A stretch of 64,000 nt of DNA, from NCBI GenBank assembly GCA_903858875.1, contig CAIOKP010000266.1, positions 16,442 through 80,441 on the forward strand, in the 5' to 3' direction. The DNA comes from an uncultured Sphingomonadales bacterium (lineage in GTDB: Bacteria > Pseudomonadota > Alphaproteobacteria > Sphingomonadales > Sphingomonadaceae). This document shows positions 28,168 to 36,571 of the stretch, in pieces (within the stretch, counting starts at the first letter, position 1; the number at the start of each line of letters is the position of its first letter). The notes below the pieces were generated by a model. The model was not told the DNA's origin. It did not search any database and saw only the letters and a program-made list of their open reading frames with translations. Made by a program: the position numbers and the translations under genes.

Positions 28168-28605
28168 CTATGCAGGGTCCGTGCCAAATCGTTTGGCAGC
28201 GGTCGGGCGGCCCGATAGCGCGGTATATTGCGACTTCGCGGCGATCTGGCGGGCTTGTTCGGTCGCGCGGTCCTCGACGGCGGCGCGGCGGCGTTCGGCG
28301 GCGGCCAATTCGACTTGGCGCTTGTCAGCGATGGCCTGGGCACGGGTGGCGTCGGCGGTAGTGGTGGCGCGGATGCCCTGTAACCCGGTGGCAAAGCGAC
28401 GCATCTGGCGCAGGTCAGACCCGTCGACCACATCGGTGCGAGAGGCATAATCGGCGGCCAATTGTGCCGTGCGGTCGGCCAGCATCGACAATTGCGCATA
28501 GGTTGATTCAGCGCGAGCGGCTTCGGTTACGGCGCTCTGTTTGGCGATGGCGCGCATCTTTTCGAGCCTTTGCAGCCGATGGAGCTTGGCGTGTTCAGCC
28601 TTCAT
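28168..28605 (-). CDS. fliJ: Flagellar export protein FliJ-like
   Basis: 145-aa coiled-coil protein directly after fliI. Confidence 0.72.
   Translation of the reverse strand: MKAEHAKLHRLQRLEKMRAIAKQSAVTEAARAESTYAQLSMLADRTAQLAADYASRTDVVDGSDLRQMRRFATGLQGIRATTTADATRAQAIADKRQVELAAAERRRAAVEDRATEQARQIAAKSQYTALSGRPTAAKRFGTDPA
28171..28186 (-). promoter_or_regulatory. sigma54 promoter for the fliK operon, inside the fliJ 3' end
   Basis: TGGCACGGACCCTGCA (GG-N10-GC), about 30 nt before the fliK start. Confidence 0.72.
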
Positions 28606-29926
28606 GCGCCAGCAATTGAGTCAGTTGGGCGACGCTTTGCGCCAGCGGCACGACATTGCCGCCGTCCTGCGTCAGGAATTCGACCAGCGCCGGATGCATC
28701 GCAATCGCCTGATCGAGCTGCGGATCGGCACCCTGGCGATAGGCGCCCATCAACACGAGGTCGCGGTTTGCCTCATAGGCGGCGACCAGCGCGCGGAATT
28801 GGCGGGCATAGCGTTGATGGTCCTTGGCGGTGATGTCGGTCATCACGCGCGATAGCGATGCGGCGATGTCGATCGCCGGATATTGCCCGCGTTGCGCCAG
28901 ATCGCGCGACAGCACGATATGGCCATCAAGGATGGATCGCGCGGTATCGACCACCGGGTCATCCTGATTGTCGCCATCGGCCAGCACAGTGTAAATGCCG
29001 GTAATCGACCCGCCGCTGGCCGCCGAATTGCCGGCGCGTTCGACCAGCTTGGTAATCGTTGCCAGCGCCGATGGCGGATAGCCTCGCGCCGCGCCCGGCT
29101 CGCCCAGCAATAGGCCGATCTCGCGCCCGGCATGGGCGACGCGGGTGAGCGAATCCATGATCAACAGCACTTTGCGCCCCTGCGCGCGGAAATATTCCGC
29201 CATGCTGGTCGCCAGCATCGCGCCGCGCAGCCGCAGGTTTGGCGCATGGTCGGCGGGGACCGCGACGACGGCGGTGGTGGCGCGCTTGGCGCCGGCCATG
29301 TGGCGTTCGACGAAATCGGACACTTCGCGGGCGCGTTCGCCGATCAGGCCGACGATCACGATATCCGCCGTCGCCCCATGCGCGATCATGTCGAGCAGCA
29401 CCGATTTACCGACGCCCGACCCGGCCATAATGCCAATCCGTTGCCCAACGCCAAAGGTGGTGATGGCGTTCAATGCCCGGACGCCGGTGTCAAAGGGCCG
29501 GCGCACCGGGCTGCGATCCAGCGCGCCGGCGCGGACGCCGCCTGCGGGCCATAGCGCGCGGGGATGGAGCGGGCCGAGGCCGTCGATCGGCTTGCCCTCA
29601 CCATCGACCGCGCGGCCGAGAAAGGCCTCGCCCACCGGCAACATGCCGGGTTTGCCGACGGGCCGTACCCGCGCGCCGGGGCGCAGCAGGACGGTGTCGC
29701 CCAACATCATCATCAGCGTGCGGCCATTGCGAAACCCGATCACTTCGGCGGCCAGCGTGTGGCCATCGCCTTGCGCGATCCGGCATTGCGCGCCGACCGG
29801 CACCGACAGGCCCGATACTTCCAGCAAGCCGCCGTCGCAGGCGACCACCACGCCAAATCGCCGCGGGGTGAGGTCGATGTGGGCCTGGCCCATCTCGCCC
29901 AATAATTCGTCAAACAGGCGCAGCAT
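28595..29926 (-). CDS. fliI: Flagellum-specific ATPase FliI
   Basis: Walker A AGSGVGKS, GLIGERAREV, DSLTR, ILDGHIVL. Confidence 0.97.
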   Translation of the reverse strand: MLRLFDELLGEMGQAHIDLTPRRFGVVVACDGGLLEVSGLSVPVGAQCRIAQGDGHTLAAEVIGFRNGRTLMMMLGDTVLLRPGARVRPVGKPGMLPVGEAFLGRAVDGEGKPIDGLGPLHPRALWPAGGVRAGALDRSPVRRPFDTGVRALNAITTFGVGQRIGIMAGSGVGKSVLLDMIAHGATADIVIVGLIGERAREVSDFVERHMAGAKRATTAVVAVPADHAPNLRLRGAMLATSMAEYFRAQGRKVLLIMDSLTRVAHAGREIGLLLGEPGAARGYPPSALATITKLVERAGNSAASGGSITGIYTVLADGDNQDDPVVDTARSILDGHIVLSRDLAQRGQYPAIDIAASLSRVMTDITAKDHQRYARQFRALVAAYEANRDLVLMGAYRQGADPQLDQAIAMHPALVEFLTQDGGNVVPLAQSVAQLTQLLAHEG

Positions 29927-30612
29927 TATTCCGCGCCCCCAAGGTCCAGCGCATCGGCAATTGCGCGGCGCCATTGCGCCGGGCCATCCTCAACGCCGCC
30001 GCCGTCCTGCCCGCGGCTATGCGTTTCGACGCGGATCGCGCCGCGTTCCAGCGCGGGGTCGGGCGCGAATGTCCAATCCTCGGGCAATTGGTCGCGGATG
30101 ATTGCGATGTCGTCAGGGTGCAGGCGGATGACGCGTTCGTCATCGGCGCGGGCAAACATCGCGACCGCTTTTTCGATCCGGTGGGCCAGGGCCACCTTGT
30201 CCAGCGCCAGCGGTTGCAGCGTCGCCTCGCATAGCGCGACGACCGTATCCATCAAGCGTTGGCGCAATTGTTCGGCCAAATCGGCATCGAGCCGCTCAAA
30301 CGCGTGGGCCAGTTGCGCGCGGGCGGCTTCGGTCTCGGCGCTATCCTGTGCGGCGGCGGCGCGGGCGTCCTCGGCCCCTTGCGCATAGGCATCGGCGCGG
30401 GCGAGCGCGATAGGGTCGGGCGCGGGTTCGGCCATATGCACCGCGTGGCGCCCGGCTTGGCGTGATCCGGCATGGGCCAGCCGCCCGCTCAGTATCGCCA
30501 GCGACACGGGCAAGGCATCGGCCTGTTCCCCGGTCAGCGTGGCAAAGCGGACATCGGGCTGGAACCCGCCGCGGCGGGTGGACCCGGCGGAAAATGGTGA
30601 GAGATCGGCCAT
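29926..30612 (-). CDS. fliH: Flagellar assembly protein FliH
   Basis: AYAQGAEDAR, VIRLHPDD, DPALERG; between fliG and fliI. Confidence 0.88.
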   Translation of the reverse strand: MADLSPFSAGSTRRGGFQPDVRFATLTGEQADALPVSLAILSGRLAHAGSRQAGRHAVHMAEPAPDPIALARADAYAQGAEDARAAAAQDSAETEAARAQLAHAFERLDADLAEQLRQRLMDTVVALCEATLQPLALDKVALAHRIEKAVAMFARADDERVIRLHPDDIAIIRDQLPEDWTFAPDPALERGAIRVETHSRGQDGGGVEDGPAQWRRAIADALDLGGAE

Positions 30613-30627
30613 GATCAACGGCCCCCG

Positions 30628-31674
30628 TTACACATAATCGTCGTCGCCCGCGCCGAACGAGATGACGCCCTCGGCCGCAAGGCGGCGCGCGGCGGTCACG
30701 ATCAGCTTTTGCGCCTCAATACAATCGGCCATTTTCAGGCGGCCGCGGCCATTGATCTCGTCCTTGACGCCATCGGCGGCGCGGCTCGACATCGCGGCAA
30801 AGAACACGTCGCGCTGGTCCTCGGGAATGCCCTTGAGCGCGTTGATGAGCACATCGCTTTCGACTTCGCGTAGCAGCGAGCCCATCGATTTGGCATCGAG
30901 CGAGAACAGGTGCTCGAACTTGAACATCTCGTTTTCAATCGCGCGGGCGAGGTTTTTGTCCATCTTGGTGATTTCGGGCATCACGCGTTTTTCGACGGTC
31001 TTGGCCGAATTGTTGATAATTTCGGCGGCATTCTTGGCCCCGCCCATGGTCAGCGCGGCCTTGCCGTGGAATTCCGTGATCCGGCGCGCCAGCAATTCTT
31101 CGAGCATGTCGAGCGCATCGGGATTGACCGGCCCCATCGTCGCGACGCGGTGGACCACCTGCGTTTGTTGGTCTGTCGGCAGGGAATGGAGCACTTGCGC
31201 TGCGACATCGGCCTCGAGCTGGATCAACAATACGGCGATCGCCTGGGGATGTTCGCCCTTGATCATTCTCACGATGGCGGGCGCGTTCAACCATTTGGCC
31301 ATCTCGATCGACGAGGCCGGCGGTGCATCGGGGGCGATCCGTTCCATCAAATTGTCGGCCTTCACCTCGCCCACGGCGCGGCGCATGATCTGGTGCACGC
31401 GGTCGACCCGGCCATAGGCGTCGATGCCCAGCTTGTCGGTTTTGGCGACAAAGCCTTCGACCGCGCGCATGATCGCCTGCGGGCCGATATCGCCCAGCGC
31501 ACACATCTTTTCGCCGAGCAATTTCAGCTCGGCGGGTGATAGCGCACCCAGCAACCGGCTGGCCTGATTGTCGGCCAGCAGCATGACAAACACAGCGGCG
31601 GCCTCGGCATCGCTGAGCGGCGGCAGGTCGAGGGCATCGCTGGCCTCGCCGTTCATTTGGTTCATCGCGCTCAT
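30628..31674 (-). CDS. fliG: Flagellar motor switch protein FliG
   Basis: EHPQAIA, GGAKNAAEIIN, MFKFE, AMSSRAA. Confidence 0.96.
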   Translation of the reverse strand: MSAMNQMNGEASDALDLPPLSDAEAAAVFVMLLADNQASRLLGALSPAELKLLGEKMCALGDIGPQAIMRAVEGFVAKTDKLGIDAYGRVDRVHQIMRRAVGEVKADNLMERIAPDAPPASSIEMAKWLNAPAIVRMIKGEHPQAIAVLLIQLEADVAAQVLHSLPTDQQTQVVHRVATMGPVNPDALDMLEELLARRITEFHGKAALTMGGAKNAAEIINNSAKTVEKRVMPEITKMDKNLARAIENEMFKFEHLFSLDAKSMGSLLREVESDVLINALKGIPEDQRDVFFAAMSSRAADGVKDEINGRGRLKMADCIEAQKLIVTAARRLAAEGVISFGAGDDDYV

Positions 31675-33353
31675 CAGGCGGGGTTCTCCTCGGGCGCGGC
31701 TTGCAACATTTGGCGCAGCGCGATGACGGCATTATCGGGTTTTGTTTCGACGATATGTTGGGCCAGGCCAACCTGACGGCCGAGCGTTTCGGCGTCGATC
31801 GGCGACATCGGTGGCGGGTCACGCGGGCGCGGGCTGATCGCGGCGAGGCCCGGTGGCTCGGCGGCGACATCCTCGGCCGCCTCTTCGGCCTCGGCGATGG
31901 CGTTTTTGGCCTTGTCGCCCTTCAACGCCTTGATCAGCGGGCGCACGCCCAACAACAGCACCATCAACGTGCCCAGCAACATCACCCCGTAATGCAGTGC
32001 GCTGGCGAACCACGGCGCTTCGTAGAACGGGATTTTTTCTGCGACCGGCGTGTCGAAACTGCGAACGATCACCGCGACCTGATCGCCGCGCGTCAAGTCG
32101 GCGCCGACCGCGGCCGAGACCAATTGCTTGATTTGGTCGATGTCGGATTGCTTGGCCTTGGCCATCGCCTTTGATGATAGCGCGACGGCGACGGACAGGC
32201 GTTTGATCTTGCCGGGGCCATGATTGGCCACCGCGACCTCGCGGCCGAGTTCATAGGTCTTGGTGCCCGAACTTTCGGTCGCAGCGGGCGCCGGGGCCGC
32301 GCTGGCGGCGGTGCTGGGCGTGCCTTGCGGCGCACCGGGCGCGGCGGTGGTAACGGGCGGCGGGGTGTTCGACAGCACGCCGGGTATGCCACCGGGGGCA
32401 GCGGCGGTGGGTTGCTGTGATTGTTGCTGCGTTTCGCTGCGCACAACGCCTTGCTTGTCATAGGTTTCGCGTGCGCTGGTGACCTGATCCATGTCGAGCT
32501 CGATCTGGATCTCGCTCGAAAAATTGCCATCGCCCAGCATTGGCGTCAGCAAGGTGGCGACCTGCCCGTGCAGCTTTTCCTCCAGCCGCGCTTCCATTTC
32601 GAGGCGGTCGCTGTCCTGCCCATTGGTCTTGTCGGTCAACAGCCGGCCGCGTTGGTCGACCACCTTGACCGCATCAGGTGTCATACCCGGGATGGACCCC
32701 GCGACCAGATTGACGATCGCCTGCACTTGGCTCGACGACAATTGCCGCCCGTCGGACATCCGCAGCATGACGGAGGCCGATGGGGCGATCTGATCGCGCA
32801 CAAAGACGGATTTCTGGCCCTCGGCAATATGGACACGGACGGCCTGCACGCCCTCGATCTCCTTGATCGAGAGCATCAGCTCGTGTTCCTTGGCGGCGCG
32901 CAGGCGTTCGTCTTCCAACGCGCGGCTGGCGCCCATCGGCAATTTGTCCAGCCCGTCGCTGGCGGTATCGGGCATCGATAGCGAGCCCGTCTGGGCTACC
33001 ACCATCCGCGCCTTATACACATTCGCCTCGTCCACGGTCAGAGCGCCGGTGGAACTGTCGATGTGGTAAAGGATCTTGGCCTTGTCGAGCGCATCGACCA
33101 CGCTGGCGCGTTCGCCATCATCGAGGTGGGAATAGAGCACGCGCTGCGGTGCCGGGGCCAACATGCCCCAGCTGACCGCCGCGCCGCCCAATACGGCTAT
33201 GCCGGCGAACCAAGGCAGCGCCTTTTTGACCGCGTTCTGGCCGAAAAAGCTGCGCGCCCGCGCGGCGGCAGAGCCACCGGCGGGATCGGTAAACGGCGCG
33301 AGCAACGATGTGCCCGGCTGCCCCGGCACAATGGCGGGCGCAAGGTCAGCCAT
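31674..33353 (-). CDS. fliF: MS-ring protein FliF
   Basis: Two TM helices; AVRVHI, PSASV, VVDQRGRLL, GGIPGVLSN, IKRLSVAV. Confidence 0.96.
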   Translation of the reverse strand: MADLAPAIVPGQPGTSLLAPFTDPAGGSAAARARSFFGQNAVKKALPWFAGIAVLGGAAVSWGMLAPAPQRVLYSHLDDGERASVVDALDKAKILYHIDSSTGALTVDEANVYKARMVVAQTGSLSMPDTASDGLDKLPMGASRALEDERLRAAKEHELMLSIKEIEGVQAVRVHIAEGQKSVFVRDQIAPSASVMLRMSDGRQLSSSQVQAIVNLVAGSIPGMTPDAVKVVDQRGRLLTDKTNGQDSDRLEMEARLEEKLHGQVATLLTPMLGDGNFSSEIQIELDMDQVTSARETYDKQGVVRSETQQQSQQPTAAAPGGIPGVLSNTPPPVTTAAPGAPQGTPSTAASAAPAPAATESSGTKTYELGREVAVANHGPGKIKRLSVAVALSSKAMAKAKQSDIDQIKQLVSAAVGADLTRGDQVAVIVRSFDTPVAEKIPFYEAPWFASALHYGVMLLGTLMVLLLGVRPLIKALKGDKAKNAIAEAEEAAEDVAAEPPGLAAISPRPRDPPPMSPIDAETLGRQVGLAQHIVETKPDNAVIALRQMLQAAPEENPA

Positions 33354-33356
33354 TTA

Positions 33357-33770
33357 TCAAACCCCCATCTTCATAATTTCTTGATAGGCGGACAACAGCT
33401 TGTTGCGGACTTGCAGCGTTGCCTCAAAGCCGACCGAGGCCTCCTGTCTGGCCAGCATAACCTTGGCGACATCCTGCGTCTGGCCGGTTTCATAGGCAGA
33501 GGTGATCTGGTCGGCGCGGGTCTGGCTGGCGTTGACGTTGTTCAGGGCGTCGCCCAGCGCGCTGGTAAAGCCCTGTGCGCCGTTGGCATTGGCCGAGCTG
33601 CTGCTGCCCGTCGCGGCGATTTGCCCCTGCGGTGCGTGGACCTGTTGCAGGACCTGTGATTTGTCGATGATCTGCCGGCGCAGCTCCATGATCTCGCGCA
33701 GGCCCGCTGCCCCTGAAAGGCCACTGCCGCCGCCGCCGATGCCGCCGCCGATACCGCTGATGCTACTCAT
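33357..33770 (-). CDS. fliE: Hook-basal body protein FliE
   Basis: C-terminal LQVRNKLLSAYQEIMKM. Confidence 0.95.
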   Translation of the reverse strand: MSSISGIGGGIGGGGSGLSGAAGLREIMELRRQIIDKSQVLQQVHAPQGQIAATGSSSSANANGAQGFTSALGDALNNVNASQTRADQITSAYETGQTQDVAKVMLARQEASVGFEATLQVRNKLLSAYQEIMKMGV

Positions 33771-35080
33771 CTACGACCTCCACCCATTGCGGCCACTGGC
33801 AGCCCGGCTTCGCGTAAAGAGGCGAGGCGGTAGCGCAGTGTGCGTTCTGAAATGCCCAATTGGCGGGCTGCGGCGATACGGCTGCCACCACAGGCCGCCA
33901 GTGTTTCGAGGATCGCCTTGGCTTCGCTGATCTGGACGATATTGGCCAGTTTGCGAGGGGGCGTGATGTCGGCACCGCCAGGGGTGACGTCCGCGTTGTC
34001 GAGGGCGACCAGTCGCGCCGGGCTGTCGAAATGGATATGGTCGGGCTGGATCTCGATCATGCCCGGCTGGGCACTGCCCTCAGCCAGCAGCAGCGCGCGG
34101 CGGATAACATTTTCCAGCTCGCGCACATTGCCTGGCCAGCCATGCATCCGCAACATCGTCAGCGCGCCTTCGCTGATCCACGGTATTGCGCGGGCGTTGG
34201 GTGTGTGACGCAGCATCAGCGCAAAGGCGAGCGGGGCGATGTCTTCCGCCCTCTCGCGCAACGGCTTGAGCCCGAGCGGAAAGACGTTGAGCCGATAGAA
34301 CAAGTCGGCGCGGAACCGGCCCTCGGCCACTTCGGTTGGCAAGTCGCGGTTGGCGGCAGCGATAACGCGCACGTCGATTTTGATCGGCTGGGTCGAACCG
34401 ATCGGCACGACCTCGCTTTCCTGCAAGGCGCGCAACAGCTTGGCTTGCAGGTTGAGCGGCATCTCTGCGATTTCGTCGAGCAGCAACGTGCCGCCATCGG
34501 CCGCGCGAAAAAAGCCTTCGTTGGAACTGGTCGCGCCGGTAAACGCGCCCTTGGTATGGCCGAAAAGCAGCGCTTCGAGCATTGCCTCGGGCATGGCGGC
34601 GCAATTGACCGCCACGAATGGCGCCTTGGCGCGGGGGCTGCGGTCGTGGATAAAGCGGCTGAGCACTTCCTTGCCGGTGCCCGTCGGGCCGTTGATCAAT
34701 ACCGGGATGTCGCTGTTGGCCAACCGTTCGGCCAGGGCCAGCACCGACAGGCTTTCGGGATCGGCGGCGATCGGCGTGCCCGGCGCTGCGGCGCAAGCAA
34801 GCAGCGCGGCCAAGGCACCTTCGCTCGCCGGGTCGCGATAGGTCATGGCAAAGGCCCGCGCCTTGCTACCGCGCGAGGCCTGCAAGCGGACCAGCGATGG
34901 GCGGTTGTTTTGGGCCAGCACGATGGTCGTGCCATCGCGCTGGACGATGTCGGCGGCGCTGGCGGCATCGGTCAGGTAGAGACGATAGGTGTCGCCCAAC
35001 GTGCCGATGATGGCGCTGCCCCGCTGGACCAGTGGCGCGTGGCGTAACGCCATGCCAGCTTCATACTCAATGTGGTCCAT
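33767..35080 (-). CDS. sigma54-dependent flagellar activator (LafK/FleQ-like bEBP)
   Basis: GPTGTGKE, GAFTGA, LLDEI, WPGNVRELEN, Fis-type HTH; no receiver domain; coupled to fliE; start uncertain (35053, 35080 or 35107). Confidence 0.92.
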   Translation of the reverse strand: MDHIEYEAGMALRHAPLVQRGSAIIGTLGDTYRLYLTDAASAADIVQRDGTTIVLAQNNRPSLVRLQASRGSKARAFAMTYRDPASEGALAALLACAAAPGTPIAADPESLSVLALAERLANSDIPVLINGPTGTGKEVLSRFIHDRSPRAKAPFVAVNCAAMPEAMLEALLFGHTKGAFTGATSSNEGFFRAADGGTLLLDEIAEMPLNLQAKLLRALQESEVVPIGSTQPIKIDVRVIAAANRDLPTEVAEGRFRADLFYRLNVFPLGLKPLRERAEDIAPLAFALMLRHTPNARAIPWISEGALTMLRMHGWPGNVRELENVIRRALLLAEGSAQPGMIEIQPDHIHFDSPARLVALDNADVTPGGADITPPRKLANIVQISEAKAILETLAACGGSRIAAARQLGISERTLRYRLASLREAGLPVAAMGGGRR

Positions 35081-35444
35081 ATTCTCGAAAGTCCCCGGAT
35101 TAACCATGTCTCGAGAGGATTTCTGGGCCCTAAACGTCAAAGGAGCCGGAAATTTAAGCCCTCGGGAAAACCCATAGTAACGGGGTTTTTCTGACTGATT
35201 TTCAGAGGAAATCGCGCAAAGACCCATTGCGCGATGAAAAAAATAGCATCCGAGGGGTTAAAAAACTGATGCCTGTGGCGTGACGTGGGTGGGCGGGAGA
35301 TAAAATCCGCGCCTGTGGCGCACGCGCGAATCGGGCGAATCAATTTTAGCGATGGCGAGCCTTGGGCCGCGTCCCGCCGCCGTCATGGGGTGGCGATGCA
35401 TCGCGACGCTGTTCGAGATTTTTGCGGAAGTTTTTTGGCGCCCT

Positions 35445-35470
35445 TAATAATCCCGGCCCGCAACCGCTCT
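35445..35470 (+). promoter_or_regulatory. Putative sigma28 promoter of flagellin
   Basis: TAAT-N14-ACCGCTCT, 70 nt before the ATG; same spacing as flgM and fliD candidates. Confidence 0.5.
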
Positions 35471-35540
35471 TGTTGGTGGCAGCCACGTCCGGATCGACCG
35501 GCCAGGCTGACGACCTCGGGATTTAGATCGGGAGTAGACC

Positions 35541-36371
35541 ATGACTGTCATTAACACCAATATCAACGCCCTGCAGGCGTCGAACGCTTCGAACTCCGCC
35601 TCGGCGATGACCAGCCAGGCGATGACCCGCCTGTCGACCGGCCTGCGCATCAACTCGGCCGCTGACGATGCCGCCGGCCTCGCCATTTCGACCTCGATGA
35701 CCAGCCAGATCAAGGGCATGAACCAGGGCATCAAGAACGCCAACGACGGTATCTCGCTGTCGCAGACGGCGCAGGGGTCGCTGACCGAAGTGACCAACAT
35801 GATGCAGCGTATCCGCGAACTGGCTGTGCAGTCGGCTTCGGGCACGTATCAGAGCTCGGACCGCACCGACATGCAGTCGGAAGTGTCGTCGCTCAAGACC
35901 CAGATCGGCAGCATTCTGAGCAACACCAAGTTCAACGGCAACGCGCTGTTCGGTGTCGGCGGTTCGGGTTCGTCGGCTGGCAAGAGCTTCTCCATTCAGG
36001 CCGGCGCAAATGCTGGCGACTCGGTCACGCTGACCAGCAATGGCATCGATTGGACTGCACAGAAGGCCAACCTCGACGTGTCGTCGGTAAGCGGTGCCAG
36101 CACGGCCATCGCCACGGCCGATACGCTGCTTCAGCAGGTTTCGACCGCAGACGCCGGTTTCGGCGCTGGTCAGAGCCAGTTGCAGTCGGCGGTCAACAAC
36201 CTGACCAGCGACGTGACCAACCTGACATCGGCCCGCTCGCGCATTCAGGACACCGACTATTCGGCTGAATCGACCGCGATGGCCAAGGCGCAGATCCTCT
36301 CGCAGGCATCGACCGCGATGATCGCTCAGGCCAACCAGAGCCAGCAGAATGTTCTCTCGCTGCTGAAGTAA
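35541..36371 (+). CDS. fliC: Flagellin (276 aa)
   Basis: INTNINAL, RLSTGLRINSAADDAAGLAIS, MQRIRELAVQS, SRIQDTDY, C-terminal VLSLLK; strong codon bias; GGGAG SD. Confidence 0.98.
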   Translation: MTVINTNINALQASNASNSASAMTSQAMTRLSTGLRINSAADDAAGLAISTSMTSQIKGMNQGIKNANDGISLSQTAQGSLTEVTNMMQRIRELAVQSASGTYQSSDRTDMQSEVSSLKTQIGSILSNTKFNGNALFGVGGSGSSAGKSFSIQAGANAGDSVTLTSNGIDWTAQKANLDVSSVSGASTAIATADTLLQQVSTADAGFGAGQSQLQSAVNNLTSDVTNLTSARSRIQDTDYSAESTAMAKAQILSQASTAMIAQANQSQQNVLSLLK

Positions 36372-36384
36372 GCCAAACCGCGTA

Positions 36385-36454
36385 CTGGCCGGGTTTACCC
36401 CGGCCAGCCCACCACGGATAAGGCCCGGTGTTCCCCCAAAGGGAGCCCCGGGCC
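36385..36454 (+). terminator. Double hairpin in the flagellin 3'UTR
   Basis: CTGGCCGGG-TTTAC-CCCGGCCAG and GGCCCGG...CCGGGCC; no U-tract. Confidence 0.55.
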
Positions 36455-36571
36455 ATCTGCGTATCTGGCGCAAGTCGCTCGTCTGTATATCTTGTCCCGA
36501 TATAATGAATGCCGCCGCAAGTCTGGTCAACTTGCGGCGGCATTATGGTGTCGGGTGATGGGGTCGCGAGT

